Below are positions 56,430-64,000 of a DNA stretch of 64,000 nt, piece after piece. The translations under genes were made by a program, and so were the position numbers. Position 1 is the stretch's first letter; the number at the start of each line of letters is the position of its first letter. Origin of the DNA: a virus (Duplodnaviria; Heunggongvirae; Uroviricota; Caudoviricetes); IMG/VR virus record IMGVR_UViG_3300032303_001313, positions 81,172 through 145,171 of that record; one strand, 5' to 3'. The notes under the pieces are model-generated. The model was not told the DNA's origin, searched no databases, and saw nothing but the letters and a program-made list of their open reading frames with translations.

Positions 56430-57983
56430 TTACCAACTCAACCTTTTGTGTTCTAGACGATCTCTAATATCTTTTAGATTATGGTCTACACAAAGTTCAC
56501 CATTTTTATAAACAATCTCTAGTTCGCCCAGTTTTTCTTCTTCAATCGACACTTCATCAAATAGAACATATTTATTATTAATCACTTCGATCTTGAGCAA
56601 TCCCTTGGCACTCTTTTTAAGTCCATCGTCTGTTACAGGGTCTTTGAAGATATTTCTATTTTCACCATCAACAACACAATATGTACTCTTAACAGCAATA
56701 CCTAGACTATCTCTAGTATTATAGTTGTATGTATAACTGCCGATACCGAATACTACGTTATTGCTTGCAAAACCCTTTCTTTCTAGTCTCTTACAAATTT
56801 CGTCTGCTCTTTGTAGCGAAATACTATCGCCATAGATTACTCCGATATGACTATCCAATACCTTATAGCCCTTGCTGTTAATTGTGCCGCCAAAAACGTC
56901 CCACAATAGTTCAACAACACCCTTAATTTCAGGACTATTTGTTTTAATTGGTTTGCTATCAGCACGAACTAAATAGTTCCCAGACCATCTTTCAACAATA
57001 TCGTCTACATGATAGAGTTCTCCATTAATATTTTGAGTTTCAAAACCACAAACAATATCAACAGGATCACCGCTATCTGGTCGAATAACCAGTTTTCCAT
57101 CACGACTAAGAATCTTGTCTTTAAGTTTAGTGACAAATGTGGTACAAACTTCCCACAAATCAAAACTATCGCTAACAATACTCACAATGCCGCTAGGAAA
57201 AGTATCTAGAATTCTATCAAAACTATCTAGTTCGTTTTCTTTTCCGTAACTTGTCATTATGCTATGTTCTGTAGCAGGAACACTACTACCAATCAATTCT
57301 TTAGTTATATCAGCATTGTAATATTCTTCTAGCATAAAAACGCTAGGAATAGTATCAGTACCAGTAAAACTAAGCAAATGTCCCGCTTGATTAAAGGTGC
57401 TTTCTGTGCTACTTCTTCCTCGTTGAGCAAAATCGTGTCCCTGCCATTGTACAAAACTAGTATCGTCGCAAGTTTTATTTGCGTGTTCTGTTAGCAACTT
57501 TTTATATTGGTATGCAATTGTAGCATTAACACAACAGTCCCAAATAGTGGTACTCATTTGAGTTTCTAGAAAGTTAACTAGCCATGCAAAATCACGATGA
57601 GTATTAGTAATTGTGAAGAAAGGAATCTTCTCATTAACTAGCGAACCTTCTGGTAACGCTTTAATCTTAATAGGAAGATAGCCCAAGTTATGCAACTTCG
57701 TAATATGATCTGTTGGCATATCATAAAAACTAAAGTGTTTGTGAAATCGCTTAAATTGTGCCAGCACTTCTTCTAGTGGCCTATTGAAAAAGTTCTCATT
57801 CCACTGATTAATTAGGTATTCTTTGATGTAGTATTGCAGACCAAAAAATACTGCTTTGTCGCATTTTAGGTGCTTATAACTACGGGGAGTCATATTACTA
57901 TAAAGTTTAGTAATTCCTTTTGGATACATCATCCAGTGAAACTGTTTATAAGAATCACTTAGAAGAATTGGTAGAATTTGCAT
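56430..57983 (-). CDS. nicotinamide phosphoribosyltransferase-like enzyme (NAMPT family; Namat-like of NARP1)
   Basis: 517 aa; C-terminal FGIGSYTYNYNTRDSLGIAVKST...FKDPVTDDGLKKSAKGLL matches the NAMPT FKDPV.D...KKS.KG region. Confidence 0.75.
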   Translation of the reverse strand: MQILPILLSDSYKQFHWMMYPKGITKLYSNMTPRSYKHLKCDKAVFFGLQYYIKEYLINQWNENFFNRPLEEVLAQFKRFHKHFSFYDMPTDHITKLHNLGYLPIKIKALPEGSLVNEKIPFFTITNTHRDFAWLVNFLETQMSTTIWDCCVNATIAYQYKKLLTEHANKTCDDTSFVQWQGHDFAQRGRSSTESTFNQAGHLLSFTGTDTIPSVFMLEEYYNADITKELIGSSVPATEHSIMTSYGKENELDSFDRILDTFPSGIVSIVSDSFDLWEVCTTFVTKLKDKILSRDGKLVIRPDSGDPVDIVCGFETQNINGELYHVDDIVERWSGNYLVRADSKPIKTNSPEIKGVVELLWDVFGGTINSKGYKVLDSHIGVIYGDSISLQRADEICKRLERKGFASNNVVFGIGSYTYNYNTRDSLGIAVKSTYCVVDGENRNIFKDPVTDDGLKKSAKGLLKIEVINNKYVLFDEVSIEEEKLGELEIVYKNGELCVDHNLKDIRDRLEHKRLSW

Positions 57984-57999
57984 TTTAGGTATATACTCC

Positions 58000-58221
58000 T
58001 TAAAGGTAGATTTTGTTTATAAAAGAAAGGCACTTTTTGCAATTCTCAGTATCGTGCCAACTATATCCATCTTTCTCTGTTCTGTAGAAGTGTCCATCCT
58101 CGCTATACCAACCACCCCTATACCAACATAAGAATTGATATATAATGTCAAATATTATTATTATTGGAAAGAAAAAAATGGACACTATTATTATCAAACC
58201 AATAAAATCTGAATCATTCAT
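58000..58221 (-). CDS. small membrane protein
   Basis: IGLIIIVSIFFFPIIIIF TM. Confidence 0.3.
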   Translation of the reverse strand: MNDSDFIGLIIIVSIFFFPIIIIFDIIYQFLCWYRGGWYSEDGHFYRTEKDGYSWHDTENCKKCLSFINKIYL

Positions 58222-58222
58222 T

Positions 58223-58507
58223 TTAATGCCTCAAATTTTTACTATCTTCCCACTTAGTGTATTGTGAGCCAAAAACCGTTATCATAACCTTGTCATACAT
58301 ATAGTCCAGATAATCATCATCCCATCGGCCATTATTAATTGAATCTCTAACCTTAAGAGCATATTGAATAATAGGACTCCAATTTTGGTATTCTGTTATT
58401 ATAGGAAGTTCTTGTTCTGTTTTTCTTCGTTCAAGTTCTTTTTCAAGATCAGTAGTAGAAAAATCTCTGATATCAACAATGGTATCAACAATCATATTAT
58501 TCTCCAA
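58223..58507 (-). CDS. hypothetical protein
   Basis: ORF. Confidence 0.3.
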   Translation of the reverse strand: MENNMIVDTIVDIRDFSTTDLEKELERRKTEQELPIITEYQNWSPIIQYALKVRDSINNGRWDDDYLDYMYDKVMITVFGSQYTKWEDSKNLRH

Positions 58508-59384
58508 ATGTAGTTGCTAGAGCGTCCAAACAATCGTAAACAATAATGTTATTACACTCATTTTTGACCGCCCCTTGCAAACTATTTGTTGTATAAACCT
58601 TATTAAAGGCTGTTAATACAATATCTTTTCCTCTTGTAAAAGACGAATGAGTAACCCACAAGTCCATAGTTATGTTATTAAATTTCTTATGAAATTCATG
58701 AGCCAACATAACATGAGTACCAAATCCTGTACCAATATCATCAACTAGTAATAGTTTCTTACAATTAAGGTCTATATCTGGTATTGTTGGGTTGCTCAAC
58801 TGACCAGTAGCAGGATCACGATTTTTTGTACATATATGAATTGGAAGATTCAATGCTTGACTCCATTGTTCGCATCTATTTAATGCCCCCTTATCTGGAC
58901 AAATAATACCATCATACTTATTATTTTTTAGGTTATGAGCATAATTATACGAACCAATATTTTCTACTGTTGTTGCATAGTTATTAAAGAGTTCTTCAAA
59001 AATGTCAGAGTGAATATCCAAACATTGTATGTGAAAATCAATTCCCATATCCCAATCTACACTAGTCAAAAACTTAGTAAAAACCCTTAGCGAAAAAGGT
59101 TGATTAGTAGTTGATGCTCGGTCTTGTCTAGCATGAGGAACATAAGGAATATAAAGGTTAACGCTTTTAGGAGAGTTATTAGATATAACATCAGTTAACA
59201 ATCCTATTTTCATTAGTTCAGCATCATTTTCATACTTCCACACTATAACAACATCTTGTTGATTTGTCATTTCAGAATCAAACTTAACAAAACTTTCTCC
59301 ATCAGGGAAGTTTAGGAATTCCAAATGTTTAGGATAAGTTCTTTCTAAGAGACTATTGTTGTTTTTTATGTATACATTAATCAT
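58497..59384 (-). CDS. ribose-phosphate pyrophosphokinase-like enzyme (PRPP synthetase family; Adps-like of NARP1)
   Basis: NLYIPYVPHARQDRA (Prs PYxxYARQDR) and the LLLVDDIGTGFGT PRPP-binding loop. Confidence 0.75.
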   Translation of the reverse strand: MINVYIKNNNSLLERTYPKHLEFLNFPDGESFVKFDSEMTNQQDVVIVWKYENDAELMKIGLLTDVISNNSPKSVNLYIPYVPHARQDRASTTNQPFSLRVFTKFLTSVDWDMGIDFHIQCLDIHSDIFEELFNNYATTVENIGSYNYAHNLKNNKYDGIICPDKGALNRCEQWSQALNLPIHICTKNRDPATGQLSNPTIPDIDLNCKKLLLVDDIGTGFGTHVMLAHEFHKKFNNITMDLWVTHSSFTRGKDIVLTAFNKVYTTNSLQGAVKNECNNIIVYDCLDALATTFGE

Positions 59385-59471
59385 GTTGTTTTCCTTTGGT
59401 TTTCTTACAACTATACCACACTATCGTATTTTGTTCTAGCCCAGTAATATCCTGTTTGTCTATTTTTCATA

Positions 59472-59717
59472 TTATTCTCCATTATAAGGTTCCGGTAGTG
59501 GTGGTTTCTCCATCCATGCTATTACTTTCCATTCGCTAGTGTCGTAGTGTTGCATTTCGTCCATATAGAAAGCCCATCTATCATTATAGAGATAAGTCGC
59601 TTCTGTAACAAAAATGCGTTCGTCATCTTCGCCATATTTTGGTTCGAAAACAGTTACATAAAATATATAACTTCTTGATGATGATGGATAACCTTGTGAT
59701 ATTGGAGTCCATTTCAT
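59472..59717 (-). CDS. hypothetical protein
   Basis: ORF. Confidence 0.3.
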   Translation of the reverse strand: MKWTPISQGYPSSSRSYIFYVTVFEPKYGEDDERIFVTEATYLYNDRWAFYMDEMQHYDTSEWKVIAWMEKPPLPEPYNGE

Positions 59718-59887
59718 TTTTCAACCAACTCCAGAGTTGTTTCATCTTTGAATCTTATTTCTATCCACTTTTTGTGTACAAGATCACTACGATCAGTAAT
59801 TGTAGTAAGCATTGATATGGGGCAGTCGTCTTTCCCCTCATTTATCTTACTGTTTAAGTAATGTATTAGAGAAGTCATATTATCCAT
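59712..59887 (-). CDS. hypothetical small protein (57 aa; below ORF-track cutoff)
   Basis: Hand-translated MDNMTSLIHYLNSKINEGKDDCPISMLTTITDRSDLVHKKWIEIRFKDETTLELVEK. The start is embedded in the upstream stop (TATGGATAA) and the stop overlaps the next ATG (ATGA). Confidence 0.35.
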
Positions 59888-60209
59888 ACTTCTTCTTTAA
59901 CCTTTCGTACCGTTTTAGTTCTCTGTTCTTCACCTTGTCTTTATAACCATTCTCTAGTTTGATTCTTTTTTCGTACTCTTTGTCTGTTTCATATCTCTTG
60001 ATAAAGATACAGAATTTGAATTCTTCATATTCTTCACCAGCATAGTCTATGTATATTTCTTCATTTAGTCCTAAAGTATATTTTCCGTCGTAATACTCCT
60101 TAAGTGATGTTAATGTTGTTATAACATCCTCAAAAGAGCCACACAAATCGCACCAATTATCAAGTTCGCCAAGTTTTTCAATAACAAACTGTTTTTCAGA
60201 CTTTTTCAT
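59880..60209 (-). CDS. hypothetical protein
   Basis: ORF. Confidence 0.3.
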   Translation of the reverse strand: MKKSEKQFVIEKLGELDNWCDLCGSFEDVITTLTSLKEYYDGKYTLGLNEEIYIDYAGEEYEEFKFCIFIKRYETDKEYEKRIKLENGYKDKVKNRELKRYERLKKKYG

Positions 60210-60415
60210 CTATCCACTCCTATATCCTTGTTAAAATTCAAATGGTCAGGATTAATCAAATCAACCATATAGTCTTGCATTAAGCCATGTAGAGAATCAT
60301 TATCTACTGCTGTAACCCAAATGTCTTCTATAATCTTATCAACAAGGCTACAAACCGCCTCAAAATCATTACGATCCAGAGTTTCTAGTTCTTTTTTGAC
60401 ATTTACTTCACTCAT
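60206..60415 (-). CDS. hypothetical protein
   Basis: ORF. Confidence 0.3.
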   Translation of the reverse strand: MSEVNVKKELETLDRNDFEAVCSLVDKIIEDIWVTAVDNDSLHGLMQDYMVDLINPDHLNFNKDIGVDR

Positions 60416-60656
60416 TTATTGTTATCTCCACTATTTGATCTATATGGTCATGATTGAGTGCTAATTTATCTTTGGCGAATTCTACTATCTTACCATTGCG
60501 TAAGCCAGCATATTTGAAACGATCAAATGTTAATGCCTTATTCCAGCAAGCCCAAGCAAATGATAAGCCAGTTGTGTGTGCGTTATTATGGTACTCTATA
60601 TCTTTTCCTGTCCATTGATAGACGAACTCTTCAAACTCTTCATCCCTTTGATTCAT
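60408..60656 (-). CDS. hypothetical protein
   Basis: ORF. Confidence 0.3.
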   Translation of the reverse strand: MNQRDEEFEEFVYQWTGKDIEYHNNAHTTGLSFAWACWNKALTFDRFKYAGLRNGKIVEFAKDKLALNHDHIDQIVEITINE

Positions 60657-60853
60657 TATTCGCTCTTTTCAGTTAAAACTTTCCACCGGAATTTAACAAC
60701 ACCATTTTCATCAGCAACCCATTGTGCAGCATTATTTTTTACAGCATCTTCCCTTACACTTTTGCCCGCTTCACAACCCCCAACAACAGCACTAAAACCA
60801 CCCCACAACAAGAAAATACAAATACAAACAAGGGTTTTATCAGAATCATACAT
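60656..60853 (-). CDS. small secreted protein / lipoprotein
   Basis: Signal peptide with VVGGC lipobox-like site. Confidence 0.3.
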   Translation of the reverse strand: MYDSDKTLVCICIFLLWGGFSAVVGGCEAGKSVREDAVKNNAAQWVADENGVVKFRWKVLTEKSE

Positions 60854-61095
60854 TATTTTTTCTCCAAAGTATTATTCACTTGAAGTACCTCATTAGTATA
60901 TTTATAATGAATATTAGTCCAAAATTCATCCTGTTCAATAATTAGTTCGTAGTTGTAAAACTTCCCTTCGTAAAACATAGGAACACTAGAAGGTATTCTA
61001 CCATCTTTAGCGGTTAAACTATTTCCACACAACGGGCCACCAACTAAAGGGATTATTGTGTTGTAATCTTTATCCATTAATATTCCTCCCACCAT
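60853..61095 (-). CDS. hypothetical protein
   Basis: ORF. Confidence 0.3.
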   Translation of the reverse strand: MVGGILMDKDYNTIIPLVGGPLCGNSLTAKDGRIPSSVPMFYEGKFYNYELIIEQDEFWTNIHYKYTNEVLQVNNTLEKK

Positions 61096-61409
61096 ACAAT
61101 TTTAGGATTGTTTTGCTCATACATATTTACTAATTCACTTAATGATAATACATTTTCTGTTATGATGCCAAATAACCATTCGCTAAATCTTCTATAATGA
61201 TCGTCCCTCATTATTGGCAATCCAATTTCTTGATTATATGGATCACCAGTACCATAAATATCAATTCGGCCACCACTCCAGTTTTCAATTATCTCGTCAT
61301 AAATTAAGGTTTCATCACCATAAGTTTTAGTAACAACTCTAGTTAGACCACGATTTTTATACCAACCTATGCTTACTGGCCCCATCCAATTAGTAGAATA
61401 AGTAATCAT
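61077..61409 (-). CDS. hypothetical protein
   Basis: ORF. Confidence 0.3.
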   Translation of the reverse strand: MITYSTNWMGPVSIGWYKNRGLTRVVTKTYGDETLIYDEIIENWSGGRIDIYGTGDPYNQEIGLPIMRDDHYRRFSEWLFGIITENVLSLSELVNMYEQNNPKIVWWEEY

Positions 61410-61999
61410 TAGTCATTTTTTAGTATATCGTAGATTTCTTGAAGGCGACGATTTTCAAATTTATAATCTCCATTTACAATATTATTAGGACATCTCATCT
61501 TAACATCATTAACATGATCATAAAATATCTTACTAATTAGTGCAAACTTTTCTTCTACTGTTTTAGGACGCTTTTCCAAGTATTTAATAACAGCCTTTAG
61601 TGCGTCAGGTAAAGAATTAAAGTAAAAATTCACCCTATTATCTTCTTCAACATCCAAAGAGTGAAATATAGTTCCGTCTTTATTTACAAAACCAAAATTG
61701 CTTTGGATGTAGTACATTTTGTACTGATATTTTCCACACAGAAGAATACTATCTACCCATTTAATTTTTACATCTTCAATTGTTAGTATATCTTTAATCA
61801 TTAGTTTTCCTTTCGTAATCTTAACAAATTTTGGATAATCGCCTTCCCAAGAGTTGATGTAGCAATCAGAGTTATCGTTGCTAGAAAAACTCATGCAAGT
61901 AGTCCAACTTTCTTTTTGCGACATAAATTTCCCGCACGTTCCGCATCGCGGCAGATATTGTCCACAAGTTTTATCTATTGAGCAAGTGTGAGTTTTCAT
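61409..61999 (-). CDS. hypothetical protein with N-terminal zinc ribbon
   Basis: N-terminal CSIDKTCGQYLPRCGTCGKFMS is the same zinc-ribbon module as the C-terminus of 54822..55028. Confidence 0.35.
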   Translation of the reverse strand: MKTHTCSIDKTCGQYLPRCGTCGKFMSQKESWTTCMSFSSNDNSDCYINSWEGDYPKFVKITKGKLMIKDILTIEDVKIKWVDSILLCGKYQYKMYYIQSNFGFVNKDGTIFHSLDVEEDNRVNFYFNSLPDALKAVIKYLEKRPKTVEEKFALISKIFYDHVNDVKMRCPNNIVNGDYKFENRRLQEIYDILKND

Positions 62000-62151
62000 A
62001 AATATTATTCGGTTTTATCTGTATCTTATCACTAGGATTAACAGCGTATGCAACTTAATCATGCCTTACTAATTTTTTGATAACAGACCGGACGCACCGA
62101 AACCGGGACACAATCATTCTACCACCCAGCAGCGTTTTGTCAACCCGTTCC

Positions 62152-62391
62152 TTACATATAATGCTTAAAAATGTACAATACCACAACAACCAGTGTTAAA
62201 AAAGAAAAAATACTAAGACAGAATCCTGATATTACATGAATTATCATATTAACGGCGGATATTTGTCCCTTAGAAATAAGTAGCATATTGATTACTACTA
62301 CCATAAAAGATACTAGACTAATAAGACCAAAAGTTATACCAAGTTCAATTATTGTCATTTTTTTCCTTTTGTTCAACGTAAATATAGTCAT
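62152..62391 (-). CDS. small membrane protein (two TM)
   Basis: Hydrophobic 79-aa ORF. Confidence 0.3.
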   Translation of the reverse strand: MTIFTLNKRKKMTIIELGITFGLISLVSFMVVVINMLLISKGQISAVNMIIHVISGFCLSIFSFLTLVVVVLYIFKHYM

Positions 62392-62833
62392 GCTTGTATT
62401 TGAAATTTACAACGCCACTTTTACTATCTACAACCCACTCACCAACATTATTTTCAATAGCCTCATTAGTTAGACTTTTATACATAATGTGTGATCCGGT
62501 GAAAAATGATGCTGGTGCTACTGTAAATACAGTAATTATCCATAGAATCATAAAACCAGTTTCTATTTTGTCTAAATCGCGTTCTTTTGTAGGTTTACAG
62601 TAACTCATATTATTTTTCTCCAAAGTATCAGTTAGATAATTAATCAAATTCCACACTTCATTCTCAGTATAAGGATACAAATTCACATTCATAGTTTTAC
62701 AATTAGCCCAACTCTCAACCCTAATCTTATATTCTTCTAAAGAATCAAGAATCGTCTTAATATCTTTTTTCTCAAGATTAATGTTCATTAATACTTTGCC
62801 CAATCTGGAGGATAACGATAAGTATGCAAACAA
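62345..62833 (-). CDS. hypothetical protein
   Basis: ORF. Confidence 0.3.
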   Translation of the reverse strand: MFAYLSLSSRLGKVLMNINLEKKDIKTILDSLEEYKIRVESWANCKTMNVNLYPYTENEVWNLINYLTDTLEKNNMSYCKPTKERDLDKIETGFMILWIITVFTVAPASFFTGSHIMYKSLTNEAIENNVGEWVVDSKSGVVNFKYKHDYIYVEQKEKNDNN

Positions 62834-62985
62834 TCACTATTAGGCCAATATATAACATAGCCTTGTCCACGACCATTATCATTAGTCAATATACAATCTC
62901 TCCAAAAAAAGACTGTTCCATCAGAACAAGTTTCTTTGTTAAAAACTCTTTCCAAGACAAATTCTGGTACAGTATAATTGGTCAT
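62788..62985 (-). CDS. hypothetical protein
   Basis: ORF. Confidence 0.25.
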   Translation of the reverse strand: MTNYTVPEFVLERVFNKETCSDGTVFFWRDCILTNDNGRGQGYVIYWPNSDCLHTYRYPPDWAKY

Positions 62986-63151
62986 CTAAAATCCATCCCA
63001 AACAGTATCACTAGGGTTTTCAAGACTTGTACTCATTAAGAAATATTCTTCACCAAATCTTTCTTCGGCCCAATCTAGTGCTTTGTCGCCATCATCAAAT
63101 GGGCCAAAGTATTGAGTTCTTTCTTTTTCATCAACAACTATTAATATGAAT

Positions 63152-63466
63152 TTACTCATTATTTTCCCCCAATTTCTTAAGACACTCCCTATCCTCGGCC
63201 ATTACTGACTTTGCAATATCTAACGGATCAGCCCTATTTCCTTGATTATCTTCAAAAGACTCGCCGCCAACAAGCCTATCGTAGAACAATAGTTCTTTTG
63301 AATTTTTGTTTTCCATTATTTTATTTAACATCCAATTAGCACCAGCAACGAAAGAGCCAAAATTGTCTCCCGCTTCATCGTTATTATTTGAAAATTTATG
63401 TCCATTTTGATCAAATACATATTCTTCTGCCGCATCAAACAATTCAGACTCTTTTAGTTTGTCCAT
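63152..63466 (-). CDS. hypothetical acidic protein
   Basis: ORF; the last minus-strand gene before the strand switch. Confidence 0.3.
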   Translation of the reverse strand: MDKLKESELFDAAEEYVFDQNGHKFSNNNDEAGDNFGSFVAGANWMLNKIMENKNSKELLFYDRLVGGESFEDNQGNRADPLDIAKSVMAEDRECLKKLGENNE

Positions 63467-63493
63467 GTGTATATATCTCTATGGAGGTATCAA

Positions 63494-64000
63494 ATGATTA
63501 CGATTTTGTTGGCAATATTATCGGCTGATTTTGTTTCTGGTATATTTCATTGGTGGGAAGATAGGTACGGTAATCCAAACTGGCCCATAATTGGTAAGTA
63601 TATTGTTGAGCCTAATATCAATCACCACAAACATCCTAGAATGTTTTGTGAGGGTAGTTATCTTGAACGAAACTGGACTACTCTAATTCCTTCCTTAACT
63701 TTGTCTGCTTGTTTCTATTACTACGGTTTATACTTCTTATCTTTAGTGTTTTTGTTTGTTTCTCAAAGTAATGAAATACATTGTTGGGAGCATACTAAAA
63801 CGAACCGTTTAATTCGGCTGTTACAAAACTGGGGAATTCTGCAAGACAAAAAGACTCATTCTCTCCATCACAAAAGACCGTATGATACAAATTACTGTAT
63901 TATTACTATGCTTGTTAATCCAGTGTTGAATTACTTTATGTTTTGGTATTGCTTAGAACAGTCAATATATTGTTTAAGTGGAATCAAAACTAGACCAGAA
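63494..64000 (+). CDS. histidine-box membrane protein (fatty-acid desaturase/TMEM189-Kua-like), partial at window end
   Basis: Plus-strand ORF with a GGAGG RBS 6 nt upstream. Hydrophobic, with His boxes NINHHKHP, EIHCWEH and HSLHHKRP; runs off the window, so it is absent from the ORF track. Confidence 0.4.
   Translation, partial: MITILLAILSADFVSGIFHWWEDRYGNPNWPIIGKYIVEPNINHHKHPRMFCEGSYLERNWTTLIPSLTLSACFYYYGLYFLSLVFLFVSQSNEIHCWEHTKTNRLIRLLQNWGILQDKKTHSLHHKRPYDTNYCIITMLVNPVLNYFMFWYCLEQSIYCLSGIKTRPE

Noticed and set aside
62040-62150. Possible tRNA or hairpin in the 150-bp intergenic region upstream of 61409..61999 (GACCGGACGCACCGAAACCGGGAC)
   Set aside because: No T-loop (GTTCRA) or cloverleaf could be built on either strand. 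It is probably just a promoter/5'UTR region.
1-64000. CRISPR arrays, integrase/attachment sites, transposases
   Set aside because: No regularly spaced direct repeats, no tyrosine/serine recombinase motifs and no IS-like inverted repeats were seen. The HNH genes are homing endonucleases rather than transposons.

Overview
This is a densely packed, low-GC (about 33-35%) segment of a large virulent dsDNA bacteriophage genome, probably from a Gram-negative host. It is transcribed almost entirely on the minus strand, with a single strand switch near 63.48 kb. From the left, the window holds a glycosyltransferase and methyltransferase cluster, then a replication module: a split Pol III alpha (DnaE) with a DnaQ-like exonuclease gene between the halves, primase, DnaB helicase, RecA/UvsX-like recombinase, two SSB-like genes, a dNMP kinase and a PD-(D/E)XK nuclease. 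A nucleotide-metabolism set follows (PhoH, dUTPase, class II RNR, dCMP deaminase, GMP reductase-like, ThyX) with rIIA/rIIB-like genes. A late, lysis and tail-fibre block comes next (two tail-fibre-like proteins, papain-like peptidase, holin-like protein, lipoproteins, sigma factor). The region from about 40 to 63 kb is accessory. It has three HNH endonucleases, a tmRNA (ssrA) gene with a ...FALAA tag, a tRNA-Gly, a periplasmic thioredoxin and an SPFH/band-7 protein. It also has a macro domain, two calcineurin-like phosphoesterases, a pol-beta-type nucleotidyltransferase, a small DEDD exonuclease, three paralogues of an 'HCCLGVL' family and a GC-rich (about 55%) foreign islet flanked by 15-bp direct repeats. 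A NAMPT-like gene and a PRPP-synthetase-like gene together match the recently described phage NAD+ reconstitution pathway (NARP1), a counter-defence function. The most interesting candidates are the nucleotide-signal-processing island next to NARP1, the deaminase/deoxyribosyltransferase-like/glycosyltransferase cluster, the split dnaE and the phage-borne tmRNA. All functional calls come from motif recognition by eye; no database searches were run.
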